Both the position numbers and the translations under genes were made by a program. The notes under the pieces are model-generated. The model saw nothing but the letters and a program-made list of their open reading frames with translations. It searched no databases and was not told the origin of the DNA. Positions 12,473-25,244 of a DNA stretch of 64,000 nucleotides are shown here, piece by piece. Source of the DNA: Camelus ferus (Eukaryota); contig NC_045696.1 of assembly GCF_009834535.1 (NCBI RefSeq), positions 90,646,001 through 90,710,000 of the forward strand, in the 5' to 3' direction. Each line of letters begins with the position of its first letter. The first letter of the stretch is position 1.

Positions 12473-14514
12473 AAGACGTGGTGACTTCAAATCTTTGGAT
12501 CCTTCCAACTAAATTACTAGGATATTCATGAAGACAAAGCAATTAATTTCACAGATAAAAAGCATAAGGATAGGTTTCTGATTCTGTTAAAAAAAACTGT
12601 CCAAGACAGTATATTTGCCTATACAAATATAACTTGCTAAATTTTATTTACAAAATATGGAGATCAATTCCAACTATGGGGATAAATATATTGTTAGATT
12701 TGCCAGACCTTTAAAAGTAACTTGCCTTTTATAAATATTTTTACTCTTAAAATATTTGATTCAATGCTCAAGCATTTTTCTTGGATAGGGTATTCAGATG
12801 TGAATGTTCTCTGACTTGTTATCCACCTGCAAATATCTTTCTTTTACCATACCTGTTGAATAATTTGAATGGCTAGGGGATTCTTGGTTGCAGTCTTTTT
12901 CTGTCAGTCACCTACCCTTTAAATCCTTTACAAGTGCTCCTCTACAATGTTTCAGCCTTGAGTTTGACCCAGAAGAGGGAAAGAATATATATATATATAC
13001 ATAGTATATACAATAGGTCTTTTGGCTGAAACCTCCCAGGTCCCACCTGCCTATCTGCATCAGTAGCTGCCTGACTCAGAAAAAGTAGATCAGTTGGAGC
13101 TGGAAAGGGAGAGGAGGCAGCCTGATTTATGTTGCCATCATTCTGATTGCTATTTATAGTTACATTTTAAGAAAAGATTAAGAAGAAAGAAGATGCAGAA
13201 TATAGAGATAAAGAACATTTTATACTAATCCATTTTTAGTTAGGTATCATTATGACTTAGAATGAAAATACTCTTGGGGCTTGAGTGCCAATATTTTTAA
13301 TATTTTAGTTATTTTAGAGTGTATTAGACTCCAGGGATTGGTATGAATTCCATCTAAAATTAGTAAAAGGTACTAATGTTATTTAAACCAGAAAATAAAC
13401 TTTATTCAATAAATAAGAAACTATTATCAAATATAAATGCATGGATTACAGCAATTTCTCAATAGAAGAATTATAAAATGAGGACATATTTAAGAGCACA
13501 ATGTCACAATTATATTGTATGAAGTGAATTTATGGAGAAAAATTATTATATTCCATTAAAAATAATATTCCTTACATGAAAATTAGTAATACATAATTAG
13601 ATAAACAAATATTACTGAAACTGAATTACAGAGAATATAAATATTGTTCCCTTAAAAAATACTATCATTGACATTAATGGAAAAGTAAAATAGTACGAAT
13701 TTTTACTGTAAGTTTTTATATCATATAGGGCTTAAATTTTTTAAACTAATAGGGGTCCTTTGTTGGGGAGAAAGGGGTTTGTAGTCTTTCTATTGCCATG
13801 GATTCTACAGAAGTGCCCTCCTCCCTTCCTTCCCTTTGGTAGCCAAGTATACCTACATAACTCCATTTGTAAGTCCTAGTTTGAGACAAGAGTATTCACT
13901 TTCTTAAGGAGACCCAAAGTTCCTAAGATGAAACCAAAAGATAGATTAGACTCTTGATGATTTGTGGAGGTGACCATCCTCAATGTGTAGACTTTTTCCT
14001 TCGACTTTAGATGTACTCTTTAGTCCAATCCCCTGAGTTCCTTATAAATAGACTGCATGCCTAGATTCTCAAAATACTGCCTCTTAAGTTAACATTCCAA
14101 ACCAGCATAATCCTTTGAGACAAGACTATATTAAAAATTAAAAAAGAGAGAGAGAGAAGCAAAAAGAAGCCTATCCTTATATAAACCACTTTACACACTG
14201 AACTATTTAAACTATTTGCTCACCCTTCTCACTTCCATTCATATTCAACTCCCTAAGCCCTGGCTACCACTACAGAAATTCTGAAAGTTGAAAAAGCCAT
14301 AGCCATTCCAGCTGAAACCACAATTTTGGAGTTGTTAATGACAGGGAAGTATAAAGTCTGAAAAAAGACTGTGGCTGGGCAAGAAGAGAACTCAAGCTTA
14401 GAAATATCATTTCACAAAATCAAAATTAAGACTGGATTATATGGTTTTCAGCTATTACTCTCAATTTTATATTATCATATGCTCTCTTTATGCAAAAAAA
14501 AAAAAAAAATAGAG

Positions 14515-15490
14515 TGAGAGAGAGGATTCTCAGAGAGTAGTAAGCACCAGGAATCTGTCTCCCCATCTAGACAATAACTGCACTGGCAGAAACTGCCTGA
14601 CATAACTATTTTGGAATTCTGGATTCTGTTGAAAGCTTGCAACTACCAGGGGAAGACTTGGACACTAAATTACAGTTAATTTAGGTCAATTTAGCTATTA
14701 GCACAGTAGCAGTTACCCATCCCCTACCCCCAGCCATGTGGCAGGCAGCATAGCACCTGTTCCTGTAGCATCTTGCACACAGCACAAGTGTTGGTAAGAA
14801 TGTGGAGAAACCGGAACTCTTTTGTACTGTTGATAGGAATTTAAATGGTACCATGTTGTGGAAAACAATATAGCAGTTCCCTAAAAAACTAAAAAATAGG
14901 ATTATCATATGATGCAGCAATTCCACATCTGGGTACATACCCCAAGAACTGGAAGTAGGATCTTGAAGACATACTTGCACACACATGTTGACACATTATT
15001 CACAACAACTAAAACATGGAAGCACCCAAGTGTCCATCAATAGATGAGTGGATAAGCAAAATGTGGTATAAACATACAATGAAATATTATTCAGCCTTAA
15101 AAAGGAAGGAAATTCTATAATATGCTACAATATGGATGAACCTTGAGGACACTGTGCTAAGTAAAATAAGCCAGTCACAAAAAGACAAATAGTATATGAT
15201 TCTACCTATATGAGATACTTAGGATAGTTGATATCATAAAGATACAAAGGATATGGTGGTTGCCAGGAGGTTGGGGAGAAGGGGCTATGAAGAGTTATTA
15301 TTTACTGTGTGTAGAGTTTCAGTTTCACAAAATGAAAAGTTATGGGAATGGATAGTGGTAATGTCTGTACAACAGTGTGAATGTATTTAATGCCACCAAA
15401 CTGGGAAAAAAGAAAAATTAAAATGTTTTAAATGATTAAGATGGTAAATTTTGTTAAAAGTATTTTAGTACCATAAAAACAAAATTTAAA
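14515..15490 (+). mobile_element. Internally deleted old L1 (L1M2/L1MB-like 5'UTR fused to ORF2 3' end + 3'UTR)
   Basis: 14515-14783 resembles an L1 5'UTR (gcaccaggaatctgtctccccatctagacaataactgcactggcag). 14784-15490 is a classic L1 3' end (acaagtgttggtaagaatgtggagaaa...atatgatgcagcaattccac...gatggtaaattttgtt). Confidence 0.75.
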
Positions 15491-15621
15491 AGTATATTAT
15501 ATGTAATCACCTTTGCCCTACTTATAAGAATTGGGGTACTGAAACCTCCTATTTGAAGAGAAACTTTAGATGAAATATTTCAAATTTTGTAGACAAATAG
15601 TATTAGAAGACTATTAGGCCC

Positions 15622-16590
15622 TCACAGCTTTTCAATTTGATGTAATTCCATTTGTTTATTTTTGCTTTGTTTCCTTTGCCTGAGAAGACAAATCCAGAAA
15701 GATAATGCTAAGATGGATGTCAAAGAGTATACTGCCTATGTTTTCTTCTAGGAGTTTTATAGGTCTAGGTTTTTAATCTATTTTGAGTTGATTTTGTGAA
15801 TGCTGGGTGATAGCAGTCTTTTTTTTTTTTTTTTTTGCATTTGGTTGTCCAGTTTTCCCAGTACAATTTATTGAAAAGCCCATCATTTCTCCATTGTAGC
15901 TTCTTTGCTCCTTTGTTGTAAATTGTCCATATACGTGTGGGTTTATTTCTGTGCTCTCAATTCTGTTCCATTGATCTACGTACCTGTTTTTATGCCAAGG
16001 TTGTTTTGATTATTACAGCTTTGTAAGATATTTTGAAATCAGGGAATGTGAGAGCTCCAGCTTTGTTCTTTTTCCTCAAGATTGCTTTGGCTATTTGAGG
16101 TCTTTCGAAAACATTTTTAGAATTTTTTGTTACTATTTCTGTGAAAAATGTTTTTAGGATTTTGATAAGAATTGCACTGACCTTGTAGATTGCTTTGGGT
16201 AATGTGGACACTTAAACAATGTTAATTCTTCCAATCCATGGCCATGGAATATCTTTCCATTTACTTCAATTTCTTTCAACAATGTCATAATTTTTAGTAT
16301 ACAGATTTTTCACCTCCTTAATTAAAGTTACTCCAAGGCATTTTATTCTTTCTGCTGCAATTGCAAATGGGATTGTTTTCTTAATTTCTCTTTCTGCTTA
16401 CTTACTGTTAGCATATAGAAACATAACTGATTTTTTTATGTTGATTTTGTACCCTGCAACTTTACTATATTTATTTATTATTCCTAATAGTTTTTGGTAG
16501 ACTTTAGAGTTTTCTATACATACAGAATCATGTCTTCCATAGTGACAATTTTACTTTTTTCTTTCCAATTTGGATGCCTTTTATTTCTTA
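15622..16590 (-). mobile_element. L1 ORF2 fragment (degenerate)
   Basis: ORF 15990-16211 encodes [15 protein letters not shown]...[33 protein letters not shown], which is L1 ORF2p C-terminal to the RT domain. Confidence 0.9.
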
Positions 16591-17056
16591 CTTAATTTAT
16601 TTTTATTGAAGTATAGTTGATTTACAATGTTGGGTTAATTTCTGGTATATAGCGTAGTGATTCATTTATATATATAATATATATTTATATATATATTCCT
16701 TTTCATATTTTTTCATTATAGGCCATTATAAGCTTTTGAATATATAGTCCCCTATGCTATATAGTAGGACCTTATTTATTTTATATATAGTAGTTAGTCT
16801 CTACAAATCTCGAACTCCCAATTTATCCTCCCCACCCCCCTTTCCCACAACCCCATAACCATAAGTTTATTTTCCATGTCTGTGAATTGGTCTCTGTTTT
16901 GTAAATAAGTTCATTTGTAACTTTTTTTTTAGATTCCACATATAAGTGATATCATGATATCATATGATAATTTTCTTTCTCTTTCTGGCTCGCTTCACTT
17001 AGTAAGACAATCTCCAGGTCTATCTATGTTGCTGCAAATGGCATCATCTTATTCTT
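16591..17056 (-). mobile_element. Artiodactyl-type L1 3'UTR with poly(A) signal
   Basis: ttttattgaagtatagttgatttacaatgttg...tagattccacatataagtgatatcat...gttgctgcaaatggca. Confidence 0.85.
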
Positions 17057-17079
17057 TTTTTTTTTTTCTTTAAAATTTT

Positions 17080-18630
17080 ATTCTTGTACTTTGCATTGTT
17101 TCTGCTGAGAAATCTGCTTCCATAGTTATCTTTGTTCCCTCACCATAATAACAATGATATTTTTACTCTATTTGCTTTTAAGATTTTCTTCTCATAACTG
17201 ATTCTAAGCAGTTTGATTATGAATTGTCTTGGTGTAGTTTTCTTCACATTCTTGTGCTTGGGGCTTTTTGAGATTCTTGGAACCGCTGGTTTATAGTTTT
17301 TATCAAGCTTGGAAGTATTTTAGTCATAATATCTTCCATTATATTTCTATATCTCTATCTATCTATCTCTATTTACCTCTGTCTATCTGCCTATCTATCT
17401 GTATCTGTCACCTCTTTTTCTCACCTTTCCTTTCAGGACTCCAGTGGCATGAATGTTGTATACTTGGCTGCCTGAAATTGTACCACACATCAGAAATGCT
17501 CTTTTTTGTTTGTTTTGGGGTGGGTTTTTTTTTTCAGTCTTTTTCTCTTCAGTTGAACTTTAGATCATTTCTTTTGCTATGTCTTTTAGTTCACTAATCC
17601 ATAGCCTGCAATGTATCAAATCCATTAATCTCATCCAACGTAATTTTCATCTCAGTCATATAGTTTTCATGTCTAGAATTTTTATTTTTATAGCTTTCAT
17701 GTCTCCACTTAATATATTCAGTCTTTCTAGCAGCTCTCTGTATGAAATATAGTTATAATAATTCTATTAATGTCTTTGTCTACTAATTCTCCTATTGTGT
17801 CAATTCTGAGTCAGTTTCAACTAATGTATTTTTCTATTACATGTTATATTTTCTTGGTGTCATGGGTACATGGTAATTTTTGTTAGAAGGTCAGACATCA
17901 AGAACTTTATTTTTTGTTATGTGTTGGATATTTCTGTATTCCTATAAATTATCTTGGTCTGTGTTCTGGGACACAGTCAAATCACTTGGAAACAGTTTGA
18001 TCCTTTCAGTTCTGGCTTTGTTAGGCAGGACCAGAACAACTTTAAGTCTGTAGTTAATTTTTCCTTACTATTGAGATAAGACATTTTTAGTACTTGATTG
18101 GAAGCACCATGAAATTAGGAGGTTTTCCATACTGGTTGTTGGGAACAGCATTATTCCCAACTCTGCATGAGTGGGAGGTACAATTTCCTCTAATCACTTC
18201 ACGTGGTTCTTTTCCCAAGCTTTGGATAGTTTCCTGATGTGTATATATTGATAAGCAGTCTGCTGAGTACTTGAGGGGCCCTCTGTCAATCTTCTGTAGC
18301 TCACTCTTCTGTGGTAACCTGTCCTGTGAATTCTAGAGGCTTTAGCTCCCTGCTATCCCAGCTCCATCTTCTCAACTCAAGGAGACTACCAGGCTCTATC
18401 TAGGTTCTCCCCTTGCTGTGGCATGACCTGGAAAAGTTCTCTATGCCTTAGGATGGAGCAATTGAAGGGCTCACCTCATCTTCCCCATCTCTCAGGAATC
18501 ACTGTCTTTCATATTTGATGTCCACTGTCTTGAGAGCTGTTTCTTCAAATAATTTGAGCAGGTTTTTAGCTGTTTGAGGTGGAGGGTAAATCTGACCTGT
18601 TATTCCATTCTTCACTAGAATAGGAAGGTT
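17080..18630 (-). mobile_element. Old L1 5' end (5'UTR + ORF1; L1MC/L1MD-like)
   Basis: ORF1-type reverse-strand sequence (gtttctgctgagaaatctg...tgtcttggtgtagttttcttc) running into 5'UTR motifs (ggagggtaaatctgacctgttattccat, ccccatctctcaggaatcactgtc). Confidence 0.75.
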
Positions 18631-19469
18631 ATCATTTCTTTTAATACTGACAATGGCCTTATGAGGTAAAGTTACTTACCTGAAGTCACATGGCCACTTT
18701 TTCTAATGCATGCTAATAAAAATACATTATCTGTACCAAAAACCTATTAGTTCCCTTTGTCTGGACAACTTCTATTTCCTTTTCCTACCTAAGCTATGTT
18801 CTTTCAAAGCTCATCTCAAGAGAAGCCACCTCCTGAAAACTTTATCAGTTTCAGCTTTTCTCTCTGACTCCTTTCATGATGGTTGCAATTCTCTGCTCTG
18901 TGTTCCTGTAATGTCCTAGGCATGCGTGTACCAACACATCTTCAGTATAATTACTCATTTTGTTGTCTATCTTTCCTTCTTTGAAGACTACCAGCTTCTT
19001 TAAGGCAGTAACTGTCTTTCATCTCTGTATCATTAGCACCTAGGATAACGTTTGGAAAACAGTCAATGCTGGGTAAGTATATATTTGAAATAAACTTTCT
19101 TGAAAATTTTAGAATCCTTATAATTATCTATATATATATTAATTTTGAAGTACAAATTTCACAGAATTTTATCTGTTATGAAGAATTTACCTAATTCAAA
19201 CAGCTGGGTGTTTGAGAGAATAATGGTATTAAGGAAATTTTAACAAATAGTAACAATGAACTATGTAATCTGCATGTAATTAGTTAAGTTTTTTAATCAA
19301 CCTGTTTGAAAATAAAATGGCAATTCTTAGTGAACACATGAGGTTCAAATGTATATATAAGTGATAATTTCTAAGTGCCATATCTTTCCCAGGGACACTA
19401 CAGACATTCCTGAAAGAAAGTATAAACTACCTGAAAAAAAATTAACTTCTTTTTTGAAAAAATATAATA

Positions 19470-19690
19470 GCTGTCATTTATTGTCTGGTTATAACATTCC
19501 AGACCCTGTGCTAAGCAATTTACATACATCTCATTTAACAAAATTCTCATAACAATCCTAACAAGACAGGCATTTAATGCTATCCTTTAGATGAAGAATA
19601 AATTACCTTAAGTCACAAAGATGATAAGGTGGCAGAACTTGAATTTTAACCCAGACCACAAAATCTATGTTCTTAGCAACACTATTCTGC
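19470..19690 (-). mobile_element. MIR SINE remnant
   Basis: ccagaccctgtgctaagcaatttacatacatctcatttaa...taaggtggcagaacttgaattttaacccag. Confidence 0.7.
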
Positions 19691-20429
19691 CACATAACTT
19701 GAGATTCATTTGTTTATTAACTATCATGGGGGGGGGGAGGAGATAAATCTCATAATTTCTAATTGCCAGAAAAGACTATATAAAGTTAAAACTAAATTTT
19801 CTTTAGTCTTTTGGATGCTACCATTAATGATCTTAAAGACCGAGTGCCATCTAAGAAGCTCATTTTAATCAAGCTTTTTCAGTTGAGTAACTTTAAAAAT
19901 ATTAAACATATTTGTAGTGCAGGTACTGTGCCGTTTCCTTTAAAGTAAATGCAATCTCAGTATGACAGAGACACATATCAACAGCTTATCATATTTCTGG
20001 CTACATTTCATTTTAACAGTTACTATAATTCTATCTCTTAGGATCAAGGTCTAAGCTAGAAATATTACAACTAGCTCAAAAGTAGATTTATCTTGCCTCT
20101 AGAACTTAGCACCAAGTTAGTTTAAATAAACACCAGAAAAGAAAAGAATAGAATTAATAACATATATTTCCATTCCCAATAGTAAATTCATTTCAGAGTT
20201 TTAATCAAACATTTTCTCTAAACAGTTTAAGTAAGGGGTTTGCAAAAAAAAAGTTACTTACAGCTATTTTCTTTACTAAAAACCTAGAAAGATGCCATTT
20301 TCACATTGAAGAACTTAAAGAGGTGATTCTGAATCTAAAGTTACAGCATCCTTCAGGGTCTGTTTAAGAAACCCATATTCACAACCCAATACTAGTGCCT
20401 ACAAAATGATATTGCTCATAACTATACAA

Positions 20430-20560
20430 ATACATAAGCCAGGCATATTTGTTTATACATTGTCTATGGCTGCAGGCGGCAAGGTTGAGTAGTTGTCGTA
20501 CAGTATGGCCCACAAAGCCTAAATATTTATCTGGCCCTTTATTGAAAAGGCTGACCCCCA
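20430..20560 (+). mobile_element. MER58A-like fragment (3' half)
   Basis: tgtttatacattgtctatggctgc...gttgagtagttgtcgtacagtatggcccacaaagcctaaatatttatctggccctttat. Confidence 0.8.
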
Positions 20561-23500
20561 ATCTAGACTACCATACCTGTATCCTTTCCACTTAGCTTTT
20601 TCCTCCTATATACAACTGCTAAAGTTATCTTCACAAAGTAAGATTCTAATTAAGTTGTTGCATAAATAATTCATCAGTGACCCTCCATTGCTTCCAGAGT
20701 TAAGCATAAACTTATTACCTTACTTTTCAATGCCATCAGTATATCTCGACCTTATTCTTCTATCCTTATTTTTCAACCATTTCTGTACTCATATCCAACA
20801 TTTCAACAATACATGGCCTCTCACTATTTCTCAACCATGCCCTACATTTTTCTCCCATTGCTCTCCTCATGCAGAACCCTCTAGTTGGAATTTCCGTTTC
20901 TCCAGTCATCCTTAGTTGTAGAAGTGCCACCATCTTTGTCCAGGCCCACCAAGTTGGTTGTATACAGGATGGACTATTAAGCAATTCATACAGTACTCAA
21001 AATCACTACTTAAACTGTCTTTTAACAAAACTTAGGAAGAAGGTTTAAGATTTGGCAAGGAAGTTGCTTTATACGGAAGCTAGGTAGATGAAGTAGAAAT
21101 TCTCTCCCCTCTGTGAAACTAATGTAGGCAGGGAGAAAGGGAAAGAAGTTTGGCTAATTTAATGAAAGTTTATAAGCTTAAAACAAACAGAAATGGAAGA
21201 AACAACAAACCCAAACCATCACTTATGTGTAATGGCTACATAATTGCACCACAGAGCAGTAAAGTTTACTTAACATTCCCCTGTCAGAAAATGTGGCTGT
21301 TGAGGGTGGGGGAGACAGCTGAACCAAGAGATTCTCCCACAAAAGGAAGAAATGAGGGCTTTTTATATGCACTAGTTATTTGTTAGGCCTGTCAGAAATT
21401 CTAAAATAGTTCTATGCAAAACAGGTTATTTTATTAATACTTCTAGACATGACATTGAGGTTAAAACAAAGTTAGATTTAATAATACAGCTGTTTATATA
21501 TAAAAGGTAAGGCACAAATAATTAAAAGTTTCCTAATTTTTTTCTAAAATGAGGAAGTGTGTGGTAATATGTAAAGGGAAAACATTCATATGGTTCTAAA
21601 CTCTGTTTCAGTATCTTGGTGTTTTTAGCAAAAGTAGATGGCTATAATGATGCTATCATAATTTTAAGTATCAGCACATCTTTTAGTCCATAAATATTAA
21701 CATTTTAAGATGATCTATGAGATATTATTTTAAAGAATTACATAAATGTCTTCCCTGATCCTTTTAGGATTCAGTTTAAAATAATACTTCCTATTTTTAA
21801 AATTCTTTGTAGCATTGGAACAGCGATTTCTAAGAAACTTATTCCCTGTGACTACTTTTCTTTCTGTTTTTTGACTTTGTCTTTTTCCCTTTGTATCATC
21901 TCGCGACTGCTGAGAGGGGAATGGTGTTCTCTGCAGTACAAATCATCTGGACTAGTCTACCTATTTCTCTTTGCTTGACTGACTTCACGTAAGTTTTTAA
22001 CTCTCTTGACAAAAGCTTTTCTATTTTATTCCAAGTTATAATTTCTATCTTTGAATGAAGCTACTTTACTTTGCTTCTAAAGATCTTCCAAAATTATTTT
22101 TTGAAGTGTTTTCACCTCTAAAAGACAAGAGGTAAAAGTACTAGAAGGTTTTTTAAAACATGTTTTCTCCTCAAAAACACTGATTAAATTCAGTTGTCTG
22201 AACCATTGTGCTTAAAATGGACAATGATGCAGATAGCCTACAAAAGGTCAAATTATTTTACTTATGTTTCTATGAACATGTTGTAGAAAATAATCTATTT
22301 AACTGGAAAGATTCACCAAAAGATTTTCTAGATGGAATATCTGCATACAGGGTATGTTTCACATGTACCCAAGTTTTATACGCCCAAAAGAAAAAGGCAA
22401 AAGACTGACTGTGCGTCAGAAATGTATTCTAGTCTTGACTGTGTAAACTCTAAGGGCTTCAGTTTCCTCATCCATGTAAAGCATGCTCATCACAATGTTT
22501 CTGAAAAACAGGAAAGTATCCCCCAAAAGTGAATGACTAAATAAATTGTAGTCTAACCCCATGATGGAAGCAGCACAGTGATCAATTTTTTAAAATGTTT
22601 TAAAGACATGAAATAACATGGGGAAATGCTAAAATTACATTTTTAGACTGTAGAACTATGTATGTAAAATGATCTAGATTTATAAAAAATTTAAAAATAA
22701 AAAAACTTTAAAATAAAATGCATATCCTAGAAAGAACTAAATAATATGATAAAACAGTAACAACTTTTATTTTGTACTCTACCCTTAATCCTTCCTGTGT
22801 CTTCCAAGTAGGATTTCATCAGATGGACCAGGTAAAATAGGTTTTATGACAAAAGGAAAAGTCTTTAAAGGTTGGAGAATAAAGTAAAAACTTTGAAGAC
22901 TATTGCATTTTTTACAGTTCAATATAAAGTATGTCTATGCCACATTTTAGTGCATTAAAAGCTTGCTCTAAAAACTGCAAAAACGATTTAAGTTTTACCT
23001 ATAATATGACATTTGACACCCATTCTTGATACCACCATGAGGTTAAAGACGTATTTTGCTAAGAGGTGAATTTTATGATAGATAAATGTACCAGCCTTTT
23101 CCCTCAGGAGACCTGTGGTCAATAACTGGCTTAAGTAATAAGTGAAAATGATGTAGCTGATCAAATATTGGTTTTTCAGCTGACATTAGTCTAATCACAA
23201 AACCACTTCACTATTCATCATAATTAATGATCTCTGCTTAAGGAAAGCTCAAAACCATGGGTGTTGTTGGTCATGATTAAAATGTATTGACAGAGCCTTG
23301 ATTTCTAACCTACGTTACTATTTTTCTTTTAGAATTCTAATGTAGAGCTCAAGTAATGTACATATATGTAATCAATAATTATTTCTTGGGCTTTCTTTCT
23401 AAAGTAATCAGATTCTTCTCTCTTTTTTTTTTTTTTTTTTTTGCTACTCTCCTGATCTCTCCTTGCTGATCTAAAAAATGAGGTAACCTAAACCCTATTT

Positions 23501-24751
23501 TAACTCATGAAAACTGCCACACCAAAAAAAAAAAAAATCCTATAATCAAAAGTATTGCTGTATACACTTTAAAAAACACCTTTTATAAAAGGACAACTAA
23601 ACAATACATAATCATAGTAACTGAAGTAAGATAATACCAACTCTTTAACATTTGACTAACTGCCACTTTTTTTCCAATTGACCACTCTACCAAAATGGCA
23701 GCTGATTTTTCACATTCTTGAAAAATGTAATTTTGTTCAATATTGGTTTTGCATATATTTTATCTCTTATTTATTCATAATGCCATGAGGAATAAAATAT
23801 TTTTTAAACCCTTAAGGTAAAGTCTTATGAAATATTGATACACTATAATTTTTAAACTATAAACTGGCAATTTCATTTGGTTTAACTTAACAAAATAAGA
23901 CAAAACTCACATTGGGGTAAGGTTGACATTTCTGGCTTAAAAGCAACAGAAGAAATCATAAAGGACAAAGACTGGCAGGGTTGACTGCATAAAAATATTC
24001 AATTTTATATAAAAAGTACCCAGCAACATAGAACTAAAATAAAATGGCAACAGAGTGAACAGTGAAATTATTAGCAATAAATTTAACCAAAAGTTTATAG
24101 CTCCATTTCAGAACAGCTCCTAAAAGTTGATAACAAGATCACAAATTTCTAAAAGATTAGAGAAAGAAAGAGCATAAGACAACTCACAGAGTAAAAAAGA
24201 CAGCTGGTCAAACTCTCTCCTTAGATTTCTTTGGTAGAATCATCTGTTGTTGTTATTATTATTAAAATGCGCATATTAGAAAAACCTAAATGGTAGTTAA
24301 TTTTAGCCAATGATGTAAAACTCTCATACTTCACTTATAAATTACATCTTTAAATTGATACAACATCTACAGAAAGCAGTCTGAAAAATGTGAAAGGAGC
24401 CCTAAAAGTAGTCAGACTCTTTGAGAAAGTATTTTCAATTTTGAGACCTAAAAGAAAATATTTAAAGTAAGAGAGAGCTATGATCATTCAAATGTTTCAG
24501 ATACTTGCTTTAAAAAAGTGAAATTACCTAAATCTCCAACAATAAAGAATGAGTTAGTTCTCTACTTAATGAGATAACATTTCTATTAAAAAAATGCCAA
24601 TGTTAAAAATTTTAAGTATGCAAAATTGCCTACCAACAAGAAAATGACAGAGTACTATATATTAAAAATATTTAAAATGTTCATACCCTTCGACATAGGA
24701 TTTTCATTTCAAGAATCTAGCCTAAAGTAATGATTTAAGATTCAAAGATCT

Positions 24752-24827
24752 GGGAGAGGGTATAGCTCAGTGGTAGAGCACATGTTTAGCATGCACAAGG
24801 TCAAGGGTTTGATCCCCAGTATCTTCA

Positions 24828-24879
<52 letters not shown>

Positions 24880-24913
24880 GCAAGCAAGCCTAATTACCCC
24901 CCCAACAACAAAA
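24752..24913 (+). mobile_element. tRNA-Ala-derived camelid SINE (Vic-1 type) with (TAAA)n tail and perfect 15-bp TSD
   Basis: gggagagggtatagctcagtggtagagcacatgtttagcatgcacaaggtcaagggtttgatccccagta (A/B boxes, AGC anticodon-like loop), then (taaa)n. TSD AAGATTCAAAGATCT at 24737-24751 and 24914-24928. Confidence 0.9.
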
Positions 24914-25244
24914 AAGATTCAAAGATCTATGCACAAAAATGTTCATTTTTATCTAGAGCAAATTATTGAAAAATGATTGAAAGCAACTACCAGTAAATTT
25001 CTAAAAAATAGGGGAATAATTAAATTGATCTCAATCTATCGATATAGTAAAGTATAATGTAGCCATTAAAAATGCTTACCAAAAAAAAATGACACTGAAA
25101 ATTATTCAAACTATACTGCTAAATGAAAACGCAGGATACAAATTTAGATCATACTTTAGATTTGATTTATGTGAAATATGTACCATAATATGGATGCATA
25201 GAACAAAGATATGAAGAAACCATCCCAAAATGTTACAATGGTAT

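Noticed and set aside
21850..22140. Minus-strand acceptor (tacttttacctcttgtcttttag, AG at 22119-22118) opening a purine-rich putative RSRC1 alternative exon
   Set aside because: All three frames stop within ~55 nt and I found no convincing donor; indistinguishable from a pseudo-acceptor without RNA data.
24752..24825. Functional tRNA-Ala gene
   Set aside because: Degenerate stems, (TAAA)n tail and TSD mark it as a SINE.
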